64,000 nucleotides of DNA, from assembly GCA_965369655.1 (NCBI GenBank), contig CBDUQR010000002.1:44848-108847 (forward strand), written 5' to 3'. The position numbers and the translations under genes are program-made. The notes below the pieces were generated by a model that saw only the letters and a program-made list of their open reading frames with translations, ran no database searches and was not told the DNA's origin. Of the stretch, positions 19,301 through 29,345 are shown one piece after another; positions within the stretch are counted from its first letter, which is position 1, and each line of letters begins with the position of its first letter. Origin of the DNA: an uncultured bacterium. GTDB lineage: Bacteria > Zixibacteria > MSB-5A5 > JAABVY01 > JAHJOQ01.

Positions 19301-19550
19301 CCATCGTGCCGTTTTTTTGATATTCGTAGTAGGTCACGCCGACTGTGTCGCCGATTGGATTCTGACGCGAAGCAGCGCCTGAAGGGCCGAGCCTCGGGCC
19401 GCTCGGTGTGTCATCACCGGCGATGCTCTTGTAAGGTTTCATCTTGTAGGACTGGCTGGTGGCGTCATCGACATTGGCGATGGCCGAACCCGCAAAGATC
19501 AAGAGTGTGATCATCGCGATAGCCAGTACAAAATTCTTGCTGGAAATCAT
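16341..19550 (-). CDS. Secreted BNR/Asp-box beta-propeller protein with Ig-like domain and C-terminal type I dockerin (paralog A)
   Basis: Signal peptide; STDGGATW and SSDGGITW Asp-boxes; two GDANG.GG.DIDDVVYLINYIFGGGP repeats. Confidence 0.88.
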   Translation of the reverse strand: MISSKNFVLAIAMITLLIFAGSAIANVDDATSQSYKMKPYKSIAGDDTPSGPRLGPSGAASRQNPIGDTVGVTYYEYQKNGTMGRQIAYTPNFQGSGLEYVHFLWMRGHPTDHSGFRRIYYNSRKITTPSAWVWGHTGNSASANNGGYTTIDVTDAGVAVGFWHAGPGSALYSTRSGIDMMPPSGYFPQALPDVSRWAPGPPNCQGEMSGTNEGDAYIWPVGEFQKLTTGEEILHIVSTESPPVALPDESIQSIIYYRYIDGDLAECPGTSTDTLGLYIDASHTVNATVRSDPAPTSDDVALIWCKPFYEQGDPRNSCDGDGNPAGDLNNFQWVQHDIVYMESTDGGATWGSEVNITDYTEGGTLDPINFVHKAQSEISAVYDSDGDLHIIWLTPDFREDDPCQPLFRGNMWHWDQSSNVISRVLDATSPTGFCSGGIGGGLGAISRINISECDGNMYVSFTRFGTWPRGDNNGDCSANGYANGEFCLTASSDGGITWGPDGTLDEFDTLTTAGSGVPVKLGTYVNLTNTYSDGCVAGACHNENFGSMAKYSSGVLHLFYVSDHDAGSFVHDEGEETENEVLYATYPCFTPEAIFSYSVAPEDQSVIISPTSGTDCTMPTTTSFDVVIVNTGNVEIGYIVSETESWMSITGGTGTVTAGINTVATITVDVGPVANETAEIGNVSVSLTSTEGSDQVDIPVNLLVACKYFPPEYEILSTACWSIGVWNVPRAGVAQRSDLGNMFWFLEEFAPMYDEGIIVTYADDVSQTFFSMFDGSNSKVSFVALDSLILVDDVNYDYAHGEWATPDSAITGVIEWYVPKHPDVCVLIERVEVCNNTDAAITIHLGEGIDWDIPDGEDGSDNQSGVDEDRQMVYQYGPAGSSPYEDYYGGASFCGDIVGAIVLENDTWVYDNSGYVPAEIGNLLATHTGFLASDSVEDLNSVYVIAQDLTLAAEECVVYCKVKASSLTGLSDLQNLIDKGKTWICANIDCPGCEPVSDCVSGDANGSGGVDIDDVVYLINYIFGGGPEPVDHICCGDANGLGGIDIDDVVYLINYIFGGGPAPDPAACC

Positions 19551-19856
19551 AGCTTCTTTCCCTCTGTTGAAGTGAAAAGTTACTTACTTTCATAACATCG
19601 ACTCCGGCGACTTAATTCATCACCGGAACTGATTGAGGATTAAGATTCCTCGGGGCAATCTCTGATCCGATTGAACATATTCCCTCCTCTGTTACAAACA
19701 GTTTGGCGTACTTAAGAGAGCGGTGAGTATTCTTCTACTATTAGTATAATAATTGCAACTGCTTACAAGTCAAGACAAAAAGAACATCACAGGGGAGCGG
19801 TTGCGGCGTGTGCTCAGTGGGCGGTGCGCTGGGGACAGGCCTGTTTCCAGGCAGTG

Positions 19857-19887
19857 AAAAAAAGGAGCGGCCTGTTAGGGCCGCTCC
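19857..19887 (-). terminator. Rho-independent terminator after paralog B
   Basis: GGAGCGGCC stem with an A7 run on + (U-tract on -). Confidence 0.8.
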
Positions 19888-19923
19888 CATTTGGTCTTCA
19901 TCTGTTGCCTGATTCGAAATCAA

Positions 19924-22900
19924 CTAACAGATATCAACGGGCGGAGGTCCTCCACCGAAGATGTAGTTAATCAGGTAGACTACGTCATCGATGTCGACGC
20001 CACCAGAACCATTTGCGTCGCCGCAGCAATTATCCTGCACAGGCGGAGGTCCGCCACCGAAGATGTAGTTAATCAGATAGACTACGTCATCGATGTCGAC
20101 ACCGCCACTGCCGTTTGCGTCACCAGGCACGCAGTCGGGGCCACTGCTAACACAGCCGGGACAGTCGATTTCCGGTGTGTCGGCGATGAATTCCTTGCCC
20201 TTATCGATGAGATTCTGCAGATCCAAAAGGCTTGTAAGGCTCGAGGCCTTCACCTTGCAGAACGTGGTGCAGGCCTGTGCATCGAGGGTAAGATTCTGAG
20301 CGATGACGTACACCGAATTGAGGTCCTCGGCTGGGTCCGGATTTGGGGCGACAAATCCGGTATGTGTAGCCAGCAGATTACCTATGTCGGCAGGTATGTA
20401 ACCGGAGTTCGGATACACCCAGACATCGTTTTCGAGGACGATGGTACCGACGATGTCAACGCAGAAGGATGCACCACCGTGGTAGTCCTCGTAAGGCGAA
20501 CTGCCAGTGGGACCATGCTGGTAGACCATCTGTCTGTCGGTATCGACTCCGCAATTGTTGTCAGATCCATCATCTCCATCCGGGAAGTCCCAGTCGATAC
20601 CTTCACCGAGATGGATGGTGATAGCAGCATCAGAGTTGTTGCAGACTACGACGCGCTCGATCAGCACACAGTACACCGGGTGCTTCGGCGTGTACCAGTC
20701 GATAGTGCCGGTGATGACAGAGTCCGGAGTGGCCCACAGGCCATTGGCCTGTTCATAGGTGGAATGGTCTGTAACAGTCAATGGTCCCATGGCTATGAAG
20801 CTGGCATCACTGTCAGAGCCGTCGAACATCGAGAAGAATGTCTGAGAGACATCCTCAGCGTATGTCAAGATGAGACCCTCGTCATACATCGGAGCAACAT
20901 CCTCGACAAACCACCACATGTTGCCCTCGTCATTTCTCTGAGCGAGTCCGGCTCTCGGAACGTTCCAGACGCCGACTGACCAGCAGTGTGTCGAGATCAG
21001 GGCATATTCGGGCACATAGTACAGGCACTCGACATGCGCCGTGACATCAACCACAATTCCCGATGCACTGCCAGCGGAGCTGGTCAGGTCGATTGTTACC
21101 GTCCCAGGGTATTCGCCCTCGGCCCCGATCGGACCAACTGTCATGACGACATCAGCCGTTGGATTGATGCCGGCAGTGATTGTACCACTACCGGAAGCAG
21201 GATTCAACCATGACTGGTCGGATGTGAACGTATAGTTGATCGGAACGTTTCCTGCGTTCGTGATCGTAATAGTGAAGTCGTCGGTGTATTCGATAGTACA
21301 GTCGGGTACGCCATTCGGTGCGATCGGCACGAACGCGCTTGATGGATCAACTCTGTAATCGAACGTACCTTCCGGCTCGAAGCACGGATATGTCATGTAC
21401 ATATATGCGTTATTTGTGTATTCACCTTCCGCATCCACAACGACGGCTGCGCCGGGATGGTTGTCGTCAATGTACGCGATATGTACGACGTCGGTCGAGT
21501 ACTTGGCCATGCTTGACCAGTGTTCGCTGTGGCAATCGCCAGCCACGCAATCGTCAGTGCGAGTGTTGGTCACGTTGACTGCCGTGCCAGTTTTCACTGC
21601 GGTACCTGTTCCTCCGGTCGTGAGGTAGTCGTATGGAGGAGCGGCAGCGTCCGGACCCCACGTGATACCACCGTCGCTGGAACCTGTCAGGAAGATGTCA
21701 CCGTTGAGAAACATCAGATCCGAGTAGTCTCCACCAACACTGTCATGAATAACCATGGCAGGGTCCATTGTTGTGTCAGGATGAGCGCCGAAACGGGTGA
21801 ACGAAACATAGAGCCTCTCGTCACACTCGGAGATATTCGGCTTGCTGGTCATTATGTTCCACACACCGGTGTTCGAGAAAGTACCACCGGGTCCTCTGAA
21901 GAGGAAGGGCATCGTGGCGTCGTAGACCGGGGTGATTTCCTGGTTGAAATCATCCCAATGCCACATCATGGTGGTATAGTAGCTTCCTTCACACGCACCG
22001 GCAGCGGGCCATACCGGAGTATTCCAGACAATGTGCAGTGTGCCGAGATGGTCATACAGCGCAGTCACATCTGTATACGCCATGTACTTGATCTCACTGA
22101 TCGCGAGAGTGCCGCCGTCTGAGTAATTGGTGATGTTGGTCGGTGTCGCATCCCAGGTCACGCCGCCATCATTGGATTCGAAGTAAGCGACGTCGTGCTG
22201 CCACTGTGTGTACTCGCAATCATTATTGGGATGGTTAGGATCAGGATACATATCCTTTAGATACACGATGGCGACCTTATCCGAACCCGGGTCGGATCGG
22301 ACTACCGGGGTGATGTTCTGGTCCTCGGTCATCCAGCGACCGAGAGTATCCGTAGATGTACCCGTGCACTCGTCCGTGGTATCGTTCACAATACGGTAAT
22401 AGATGAAAGACTGTATCGTGGCTGCCGGGGGTATAGGATCCCCACCCGGGTTCTCGGTGGATATGACGTGATAGACGTCATTTCCGTCGACATTGTCATA
22501 CTCTATGACCGGCCAGAGGTATTCGCTTTCCAACTCATAACCATCCTCACCTTCGCCCTCGCAGTTTGGCGGAGCCGGTTGCTGAAGCTTGGAGAACGGG
22601 GTGTTCGGCGGCATTAGGTCCTTGCCAGCATATGTGAAGTAAAAACCGGCGAGGCCCTCATGCCAGGAGGCGATTGCGGCGCCTTCGCTATTGACGTCGA
22701 TTGTCGTATATCCGCCATTAGCGCCGGAGAATGATGTGCCGGCGTTATCATCGCCGTGCCTGTGAATCCATGCCTGCGGGGCACTCAACTTTCTTGCGTT
22801 GTAACGGATATACCTTGTCGCGCCAGGGGCGTTCCTCCACATCCAGACAAAGTGAATATATGGATGCCCATTTAGATCTGGGGTGTAAGCAATCTGTCTG

Positions 22901-23163
22901 CCCATTGAGCCGTTGTGCTGGAAGTCGTAGTATGTCAAACCTGCGGTATCACCGGGAGGCTGGGGGACAGGGCCGAAGCGTGACGGGCCGAAACGCGGCA
23001 CGTCAGCGCCGATAAGTTCATCGGATCCGCCAGTTACAGCCTGAGGGGTCAATTGGCTCTCTGGACGGACGTTACTGATTTCACTTTCGATTGCCATCGC
23101 AGGTGCGGCAAGCATAAGCAGGATCGCCACCGCAAGGCAAAAGACTTTTGAATTTTCTGTCAT
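19924..23163 (-). CDS. Secreted BNR/Asp-box beta-propeller protein with C-terminal type I dockerin (paralog B)
   Basis: ATG 23163 with SD GAGGAGAGG; signal peptide; SNDGGVTW and SSDGGITW; two dockerin repeats; colinear with paralog A. Confidence 0.88.
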   Translation of the reverse strand: MTENSKVFCLAVAILLMLAAPAMAIESEISNVRPESQLTPQAVTGGSDELIGADVPRFGPSRFGPVPQPPGDTAGLTYYDFQHNGSMGRQIAYTPDLNGHPYIHFVWMWRNAPGATRYIRYNARKLSAPQAWIHRHGDDNAGTSFSGANGGYTTIDVNSEGAAIASWHEGLAGFYFTYAGKDLMPPNTPFSKLQQPAPPNCEGEGEDGYELESEYLWPVIEYDNVDGNDVYHVISTENPGGDPIPPAATIQSFIYYRIVNDTTDECTGTSTDTLGRWMTEDQNITPVVRSDPGSDKVAIVYLKDMYPDPNHPNNDCEYTQWQHDVAYFESNDGGVTWDATPTNITNYSDGGTLAISEIKYMAYTDVTALYDHLGTLHIVWNTPVWPAAGACEGSYYTTMMWHWDDFNQEITPVYDATMPFLFRGPGGTFSNTGVWNIMTSKPNISECDERLYVSFTRFGAHPDTTMDPAMVIHDSVGGDYSDLMFLNGDIFLTGSSDGGITWGPDAAAPPYDYLTTGGTGTAVKTGTAVNVTNTRTDDCVAGDCHSEHWSSMAKYSTDVVHIAYIDDNHPGAAVVVDAEGEYTNNAYMYMTYPCFEPEGTFDYRVDPSSAFVPIAPNGVPDCTIEYTDDFTITITNAGNVPINYTFTSDQSWLNPASGSGTITAGINPTADVVMTVGPIGAEGEYPGTVTIDLTSSAGSASGIVVDVTAHVECLYYVPEYALISTHCWSVGVWNVPRAGLAQRNDEGNMWWFVEDVAPMYDEGLILTYAEDVSQTFFSMFDGSDSDASFIAMGPLTVTDHSTYEQANGLWATPDSVITGTIDWYTPKHPVYCVLIERVVVCNNSDAAITIHLGEGIDWDFPDGDDGSDNNCGVDTDRQMVYQHGPTGSSPYEDYHGGASFCVDIVGTIVLENDVWVYPNSGYIPADIGNLLATHTGFVAPNPDPAEDLNSVYVIAQNLTLDAQACTTFCKVKASSLTSLLDLQNLIDKGKEFIADTPEIDCPGCVSSGPDCVPGDANGSGGVDIDDVVYLINYIFGGGPPPVQDNCCGDANGSGGVDIDDVVYLINYIFGGGPPPVDIC

Positions 23164-23536
23164 TGTTCTACCTCTCCTCAAGGTTTCATCACTGGTGTTG
23201 CGCGTGATGTTGGTTCAAAGTAAGAGAAAGCCTCTAACATAAGTTGCTGTTTCAAATTCGTTAGAAGCTAAGTCGAAGTACCGGCATGCGTCCTCCTATT
23301 ATGTTTTGTGTTCCGGGTCAATTGTAGTATTCAACAATACTATTTAAAGAAGAAGCTCTGCTCATGTTTAGATTAATAGACACGGCCATGAAAGTCAAGG
23401 CAAAAAACACAATTGTTTGCCCAAAAAAAACGTGACGGAAGCTTTCGATGGCGTTTTGGGACTGACTTCCAGGACCGATATCTGGCCGGATGAACCGGCG
23501 CAATAATTGCGAAAGTACGCCGTGCAGAAGATATTG

Positions 23537-24601
23537 TCAACCTCTGTATCCACCTTCGAGCAGGTTCCCGATCGGTCGCAGCGGTTCGATATGATCGCAA
23601 ATAACCTTGAAACCTGCCGTGATGGGCATCGCCAGTATGATTCCGACTCCACCCCAGAGCCAGCCCCAGTAGACCGTTGCGATCAGGACTGATGTCAGAT
23701 TGATGTTAATGCGGTCGCCGACCAGTTTCGGGGTTATGATGTTTCCTTCAAGGAACTGCAATACGAGAAAGAATATCCCGACATACATCAGCCACCACAT
23801 CGACTGGTTCTCGATAGATGCAACTATCATGGGCGGGATCGCCCCCATGACCGCGCCGATGTAGGGGATCAGATTCAACGCTCCGGCGAGCGGTCCCCAC
23901 ACATACGCATACGGCACGCCCATTATCAGCAGTCCGATGGTTACGACAACCGCAAGGGCAGTCGTCGTGGCGAATTTCACAGCCATGAATCCGGAGATAT
24001 TACTCGATATTTTGTCGACTATCTGCCTCGATGCGTCACTGTGCTCGCTTCCGAACAGGTTGGCCAGCTTGTCCTTGAATCCTTCCTGTTCGATCAGCAC
24101 GAACGAAGTCATCAACAGCACAAGAATGGTCTTCCATAGAATGGAAAATGCAGACCCGAGTCCCGCGAAGAAGTATCTCGATATAGATGTGATTTCGCTG
24201 AACTTGATGTCTTGCAGTGGATTGATCGTCCCGTCCGAGACGTCTCCCGGAAGGTACTGTGCCAGCGACGGGAACTGATCGAGCCAGGTTGAGAGCTGTT
24301 TCTGGAATCCGGTCCAGTACTGCGGGAATTTGACGACCAGTTCACCTGCCTGGGATGCTATCAGGGCGGCGATGCTGAGGAACAGTATGAGAGTTGTCAG
24401 TACCACGATTATGACTGCCGCCACACGTGGGAGCTTGAGTCTCATCAGCAGCTTGACAACCGGATTGAGAATGAACGCGAAGGCTATTCCGAGCAGGACC
24501 GGCAGGAGTATCGGCTTCGCGTAGTACAGAAACACCGACATAATCATCAGCGATATGATCGGTATGGCAATTGACTGTATCTTGATAATTCGCTGTTCCA
24601 T
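23537..24601 (-). CDS. AI-2E family transporter
   Basis: Multi-TM; LNPVV..L, LNLIPYIG, QFLEGNIITPKLVG and WGWLWGGVGIILAMP motifs. Confidence 0.93.
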   Translation of the reverse strand: MEQRIIKIQSIAIPIISLMIMSVFLYYAKPILLPVLLGIAFAFILNPVVKLLMRLKLPRVAAVIIVVLTTLILFLSIAALIASQAGELVVKFPQYWTGFQKQLSTWLDQFPSLAQYLPGDVSDGTINPLQDIKFSEITSISRYFFAGLGSAFSILWKTILVLLMTSFVLIEQEGFKDKLANLFGSEHSDASRQIVDKISSNISGFMAVKFATTTALAVVVTIGLLIMGVPYAYVWGPLAGALNLIPYIGAVMGAIPPMIVASIENQSMWWLMYVGIFFLVLQFLEGNIITPKLVGDRININLTSVLIATVYWGWLWGGVGIILAMPITAGFKVICDHIEPLRPIGNLLEGGYRG

Positions 24602-26617
<2,016 letters not shown>

Positions 26618-26620
26618 TCA

Positions 26621-26649
26621 AATGTACCGGGGTGAGGATATGGTGTCAA
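26621..26649 (-). promoter_or_regulatory. Sigma70 promoter giving a probable leaderless ligA mRNA
   Basis: TTGACA-17-TACATT-6 nt-ATG; no SD. Confidence 0.65.
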
Positions 26650-26665
26650 CTCAAACTTGGTTGTC

Positions 26666-26959
26666 GTCATCACGAGGAGCGGAGCGACGTGGTGATCTCA
26701 CAGTAAACCCACCCGACGCTTTCGCTTTGGGTGGGCTACCGGTCTGATTGACTTGAGCGAGAAGCTGACTCTGTCGCTCCCGCGGAGGCGGGAGCCTATT
26801 TAACGATAACGCATTCAATAGATTCCCGCCTGCGCGGGAATGACGCTATTTTCTTTCGCAAACATGATTACCTGCCTTTCGAATCTTTTGGGACAACCTC
26901 GGGAGGTCTACCAGCCACAAAATGAGATTGCCACGCTCCCTTCGGTCGCTCACGATGAC
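26666..26959. repeat. Nested cluster of REP-like palindromes
   Basis: Outer pair GTCATCACGAG...GTGATCTC (26666-26699) and GAGATTGCCAC...GATGAC (26924-26959) encloses ACCCACCC...GGGTGGGCTAC (26706-26739) and a CCCGCGGAGGCGGG / GATTCCCGCCTGCGCGGGAATGAC pair (26773-26844). Confidence 0.8.
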
Positions 26960-26981
26960 CGCATCGAGGGAAATTCCACAG

Positions 26982-27016
26982 AAAAGCAGAAGGGAGCGGC
27001 ATGTGCCGACTCCCTT
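26982..27016 (-). terminator. Probable terminator of the small lipoprotein gene
   Basis: AAGGGAG-CGGCA...TGCCG-A-CTCCCTT stem with an adjacent A run. Confidence 0.55.
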
Positions 27017-27054
27017 GCCAAGCCATCTTGTGATTTTGACTGGTCTGTGCCGAT

Positions 27055-27285
27055 CTAATGTCCGGCGGAGTCTATCACTGCTGCGGCAGTGTCGAGCACT
27101 TCCTCCATCATCGTAGTGTCGGTCACCACAGTGGTGTCATCCAAGATCTCGATTTCGGCCGGCGCCTCTTGTGTCACTGCCGGTGTCTCTTCTGCGGGCT
27201 GTTCTTCCTTCTTCTGTCCGCATGCGGCGATGATTAGCACAGCCATGAAAAGAACGAGACAAAAAACCAGAGTCGTGCGCCTCAT
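27055..27285 (-). CDS. Small acidic, low-complexity lipoprotein
   Basis: SD AGGGAG; lipobox IAAC; E/A/T/D-rich tail with four D(S/T)x motifs. Confidence 0.8.
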   Translation of the reverse strand: MRRTTLVFCLVLFMAVLIIAACGQKKEEQPAEETPAVTQEAPAEIEILDDTTVVTDTTMMEEVLDTAAAVIDSAGH

Positions 27286-27484
27286 ACGCTTCTCCCTTCA
27301 AAGATTTCTTACCATAGCTTTGCGGACACGGCGATCATAGTCAACAAAAAAACGATCCCGCGCTGGGCTGATTTTGCTTGCTGGCGACCTTAAACTCGGA
27401 TATTTTCGACTTGCGGCGGTTTATGAAACAATTGGATATGCCGCACGGTAAAATTCTTAAGGCTATCGGGAAAGGACGCGGCTG

Positions 27485-28207
27485 ATGCCTGTTGTTACAA
27501 TGCCCGCAGACATGGGTAATCTCGGTTTCTTCGATCTGATCAGCCAGTCAAGCTTCTTCGCAGGTTTGATACTTCTGATTCTTGTTGTCATGTCGCTTAT
27601 TTCTTGGGCGATTGTGATCGCTAAGTTCCGTCAGTACAGAACTGTTTCACGGGACAACGAGGAGTTTATCAGGCTGTTTCGCGAGCGCAAAAGGCTTATG
27701 GATGCCCAGGCGAAATGCGCTCCACGGAAGGCGAGTCCGCTTTTTACGGTGCTCGAAGATGGTTTGTCCGATCTGTCGCTTATCGTGGAGAAGAAGAAAG
27801 GACAGGGGAATCTGCAGGCCGGGCTGGTCAAGCTCGATTCGCATGATCTCGACGCCATTTCAAAAACGCTTGAGAGATCGTCGACCGAACAGCATGCGTA
27901 TCTGGAGAAGCTCGTGGTTTTCCTTGCGACAACTGCGAATACCGCGCCATTTTTTGGATTGCTGGGGACCTGCTGGGGAATTATGAATGCGTTCATGAGT
28001 ATCGGTGCGAGAGGTTCCGCCTCGCTGGCGGTCGTTGCTCCGGGAATCGCCGAGGCCCTGATCGCGACCATCGTCGGGCTGGGAGCCGCGATTCCGGCGG
28101 TTATCGCCTATAACTGGTGCAACAATAAACTGAAATTTATCGCTGACGATCTCTCCAATTTCTCGCTTGAATTCCTCTCCGCCGTGCAGAAAGAAAACGA
28201 ATTTTGA
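27485..28207 (+). CDS. tolQ: MotA/TolQ/ExbB proton channel protein
   Basis: APFFGLLGT.WGIM, VAPGIAEALIAT..GL..AIPA; first gene of the tol-pal operon. Confidence 0.92.
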   Translation: MPVVTMPADMGNLGFFDLISQSSFFAGLILLILVVMSLISWAIVIAKFRQYRTVSRDNEEFIRLFRERKRLMDAQAKCAPRKASPLFTVLEDGLSDLSLIVEKKKGQGNLQAGLVKLDSHDLDAISKTLERSSTEQHAYLEKLVVFLATTANTAPFFGLLGTCWGIMNAFMSIGARGSASLAVVAPGIAEALIATIVGLGAAIPAVIAYNWCNNKLKFIADDLSNFSLEFLSAVQKENEF

Positions 28208-28620
28208 TGCGACGTGCCCGGACATACAGGATGATGGCGGAAATCAACGTCACGAATCTCGTTGATGTTGTCCTCGTGCTGCTGATAGTCTTTATGATTT
28301 CAGCGCCTCTCTTGCAGTCCGGGATAGATATTGACTTGCCCAGGACAACTTATGTCGATAAAGAGCTTGCCGAAGGAGTGGTCATCACGATCAACAAGAA
28401 GGGCGGGATTTTCATCGATGATATATTCTGCAGGCCTGAGCAACTCGAAGAGAAGCTGACTGAGTATATCGGACGCAAGAGAATCAGCGCTATATACCTG
28501 CGCGGTGACAAGAATGTGAACTACGGCTCTGTGATCGATGTCATTGCGAGGCTCAAGAAGATGGGCATCGCGGATGTCGGGTTGGTTACGAAACCATTCG
28601 AAGAGGCCGAATCGAAGTGA
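28207..28620 (+). CDS. tolR: TolR/ExbD protein
   Basis: EINVTNLVDVVLVLLIVFMI and LRGDKNVNYG. Confidence 0.92.
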   Translation: MRRARTYRMMAEINVTNLVDVVLVLLIVFMISAPLLQSGIDIDLPRTTYVDKELAEGVVITINKKGGIFIDDIFCRPEQLEEKLTEYIGRKRISAIYLRGDKNVNYGSVIDVIARLKKMGIADVGLVTKPFEEAESK

Positions 28621-29345
28621 AGACCCAGGATATTCTGGTATCAGTACTGCTTCATCTGGCGTTTTTCGCCGTGATAGTGATATTCTCAGCCGCGAGGGGT
28701 CGCGCTCGGCAGTTTGATCCGGAGGATATCGCAAATGTGCAGCTCTTCGAGTCGGTGCCGATGGGAGGGAAGGCAATTGAAAAGCAAGAGCCTGAACCTG
28801 TTGAACCTGAGCCAGTCGAGTCAAAGCTACCGGATATGGCGGTCAATCAGATAGTTGAAGATTTCGTTGAGGAGGAGCCGGTGCAGATCGCGTCGATAGA
28901 GACTCCGTACGAAATTGAGAAGAAGGAAGCCAGGAAACCCCCGAAGCCCAAACCCAAAGATACGGAGTCCAAATCATCTAAACCGGCGAAGAAGAAGGCC
29001 GTGATCGGCGATGGCGAGGTCAAGACATCGATCGGTTCCGATGGCGTATCGGGCGGTCTCGGTGTCGGTGATTTCCCGTACGACATAGGGCGAGTGACAC
29101 AGTTGATAGATCGCAACTGGGACAACCCTGTGCTGTCGCAAAAGACGCTCGCGTGTGTCGTCTATTTTCAGATCGATCGAAGCGGCAACATTCGAGGTGC
29201 CACGATCGAGACGTCATCCGGTAACAGCCAGTTCGATATGACTGCCCTGAACGCGGTGATGCGAACGAAAACGCTTCCGCCGCTGCCGGTTTCATTCAAC
29301 TATGATATCCTCGGTTTTCATCTGGAGTTCGAATACACGCCGTGA
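28617..29345 (+). CDS. tolA: TolA/TonB-like energy transducer
   Basis: N-terminal TM with SxxxH, P/E/K-rich linker, TonB_C-like domain (SSGNSQFD..AL.AV); operon position. Confidence 0.8.
   Translation: MKTQDILVSVLLHLAFFAVIVIFSAARGRARQFDPEDIANVQLFESVPMGGKAIEKQEPEPVEPEPVESKLPDMAVNQIVEDFVEEEPVQIASIETPYEIEKKEARKPPKPKPKDTESKSSKPAKKKAVIGDGEVKTSIGSDGVSGGLGVGDFPYDIGRVTQLIDRNWDNPVLSQKTLACVVYFQIDRSGNIRGATIETSSGNSQFDMTALNAVMRTKTLPPLPVSFNYDILGFHLEFEYTP

Noticed and set aside
16560-20990. Paralogous C-terminal DNA as a DGR template/variable repeat pair
   Set aside because: Differences involve all bases and indels rather than adenines only, both copies are coding, and no reverse transcriptase is present
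16329-22122. Long plus-strand ORFs (17346-18416, 19891-20979, 21520-22122), some similar to each other
   Set aside because: Antisense to the dockerin genes; their similarity only mirrors the paralogy
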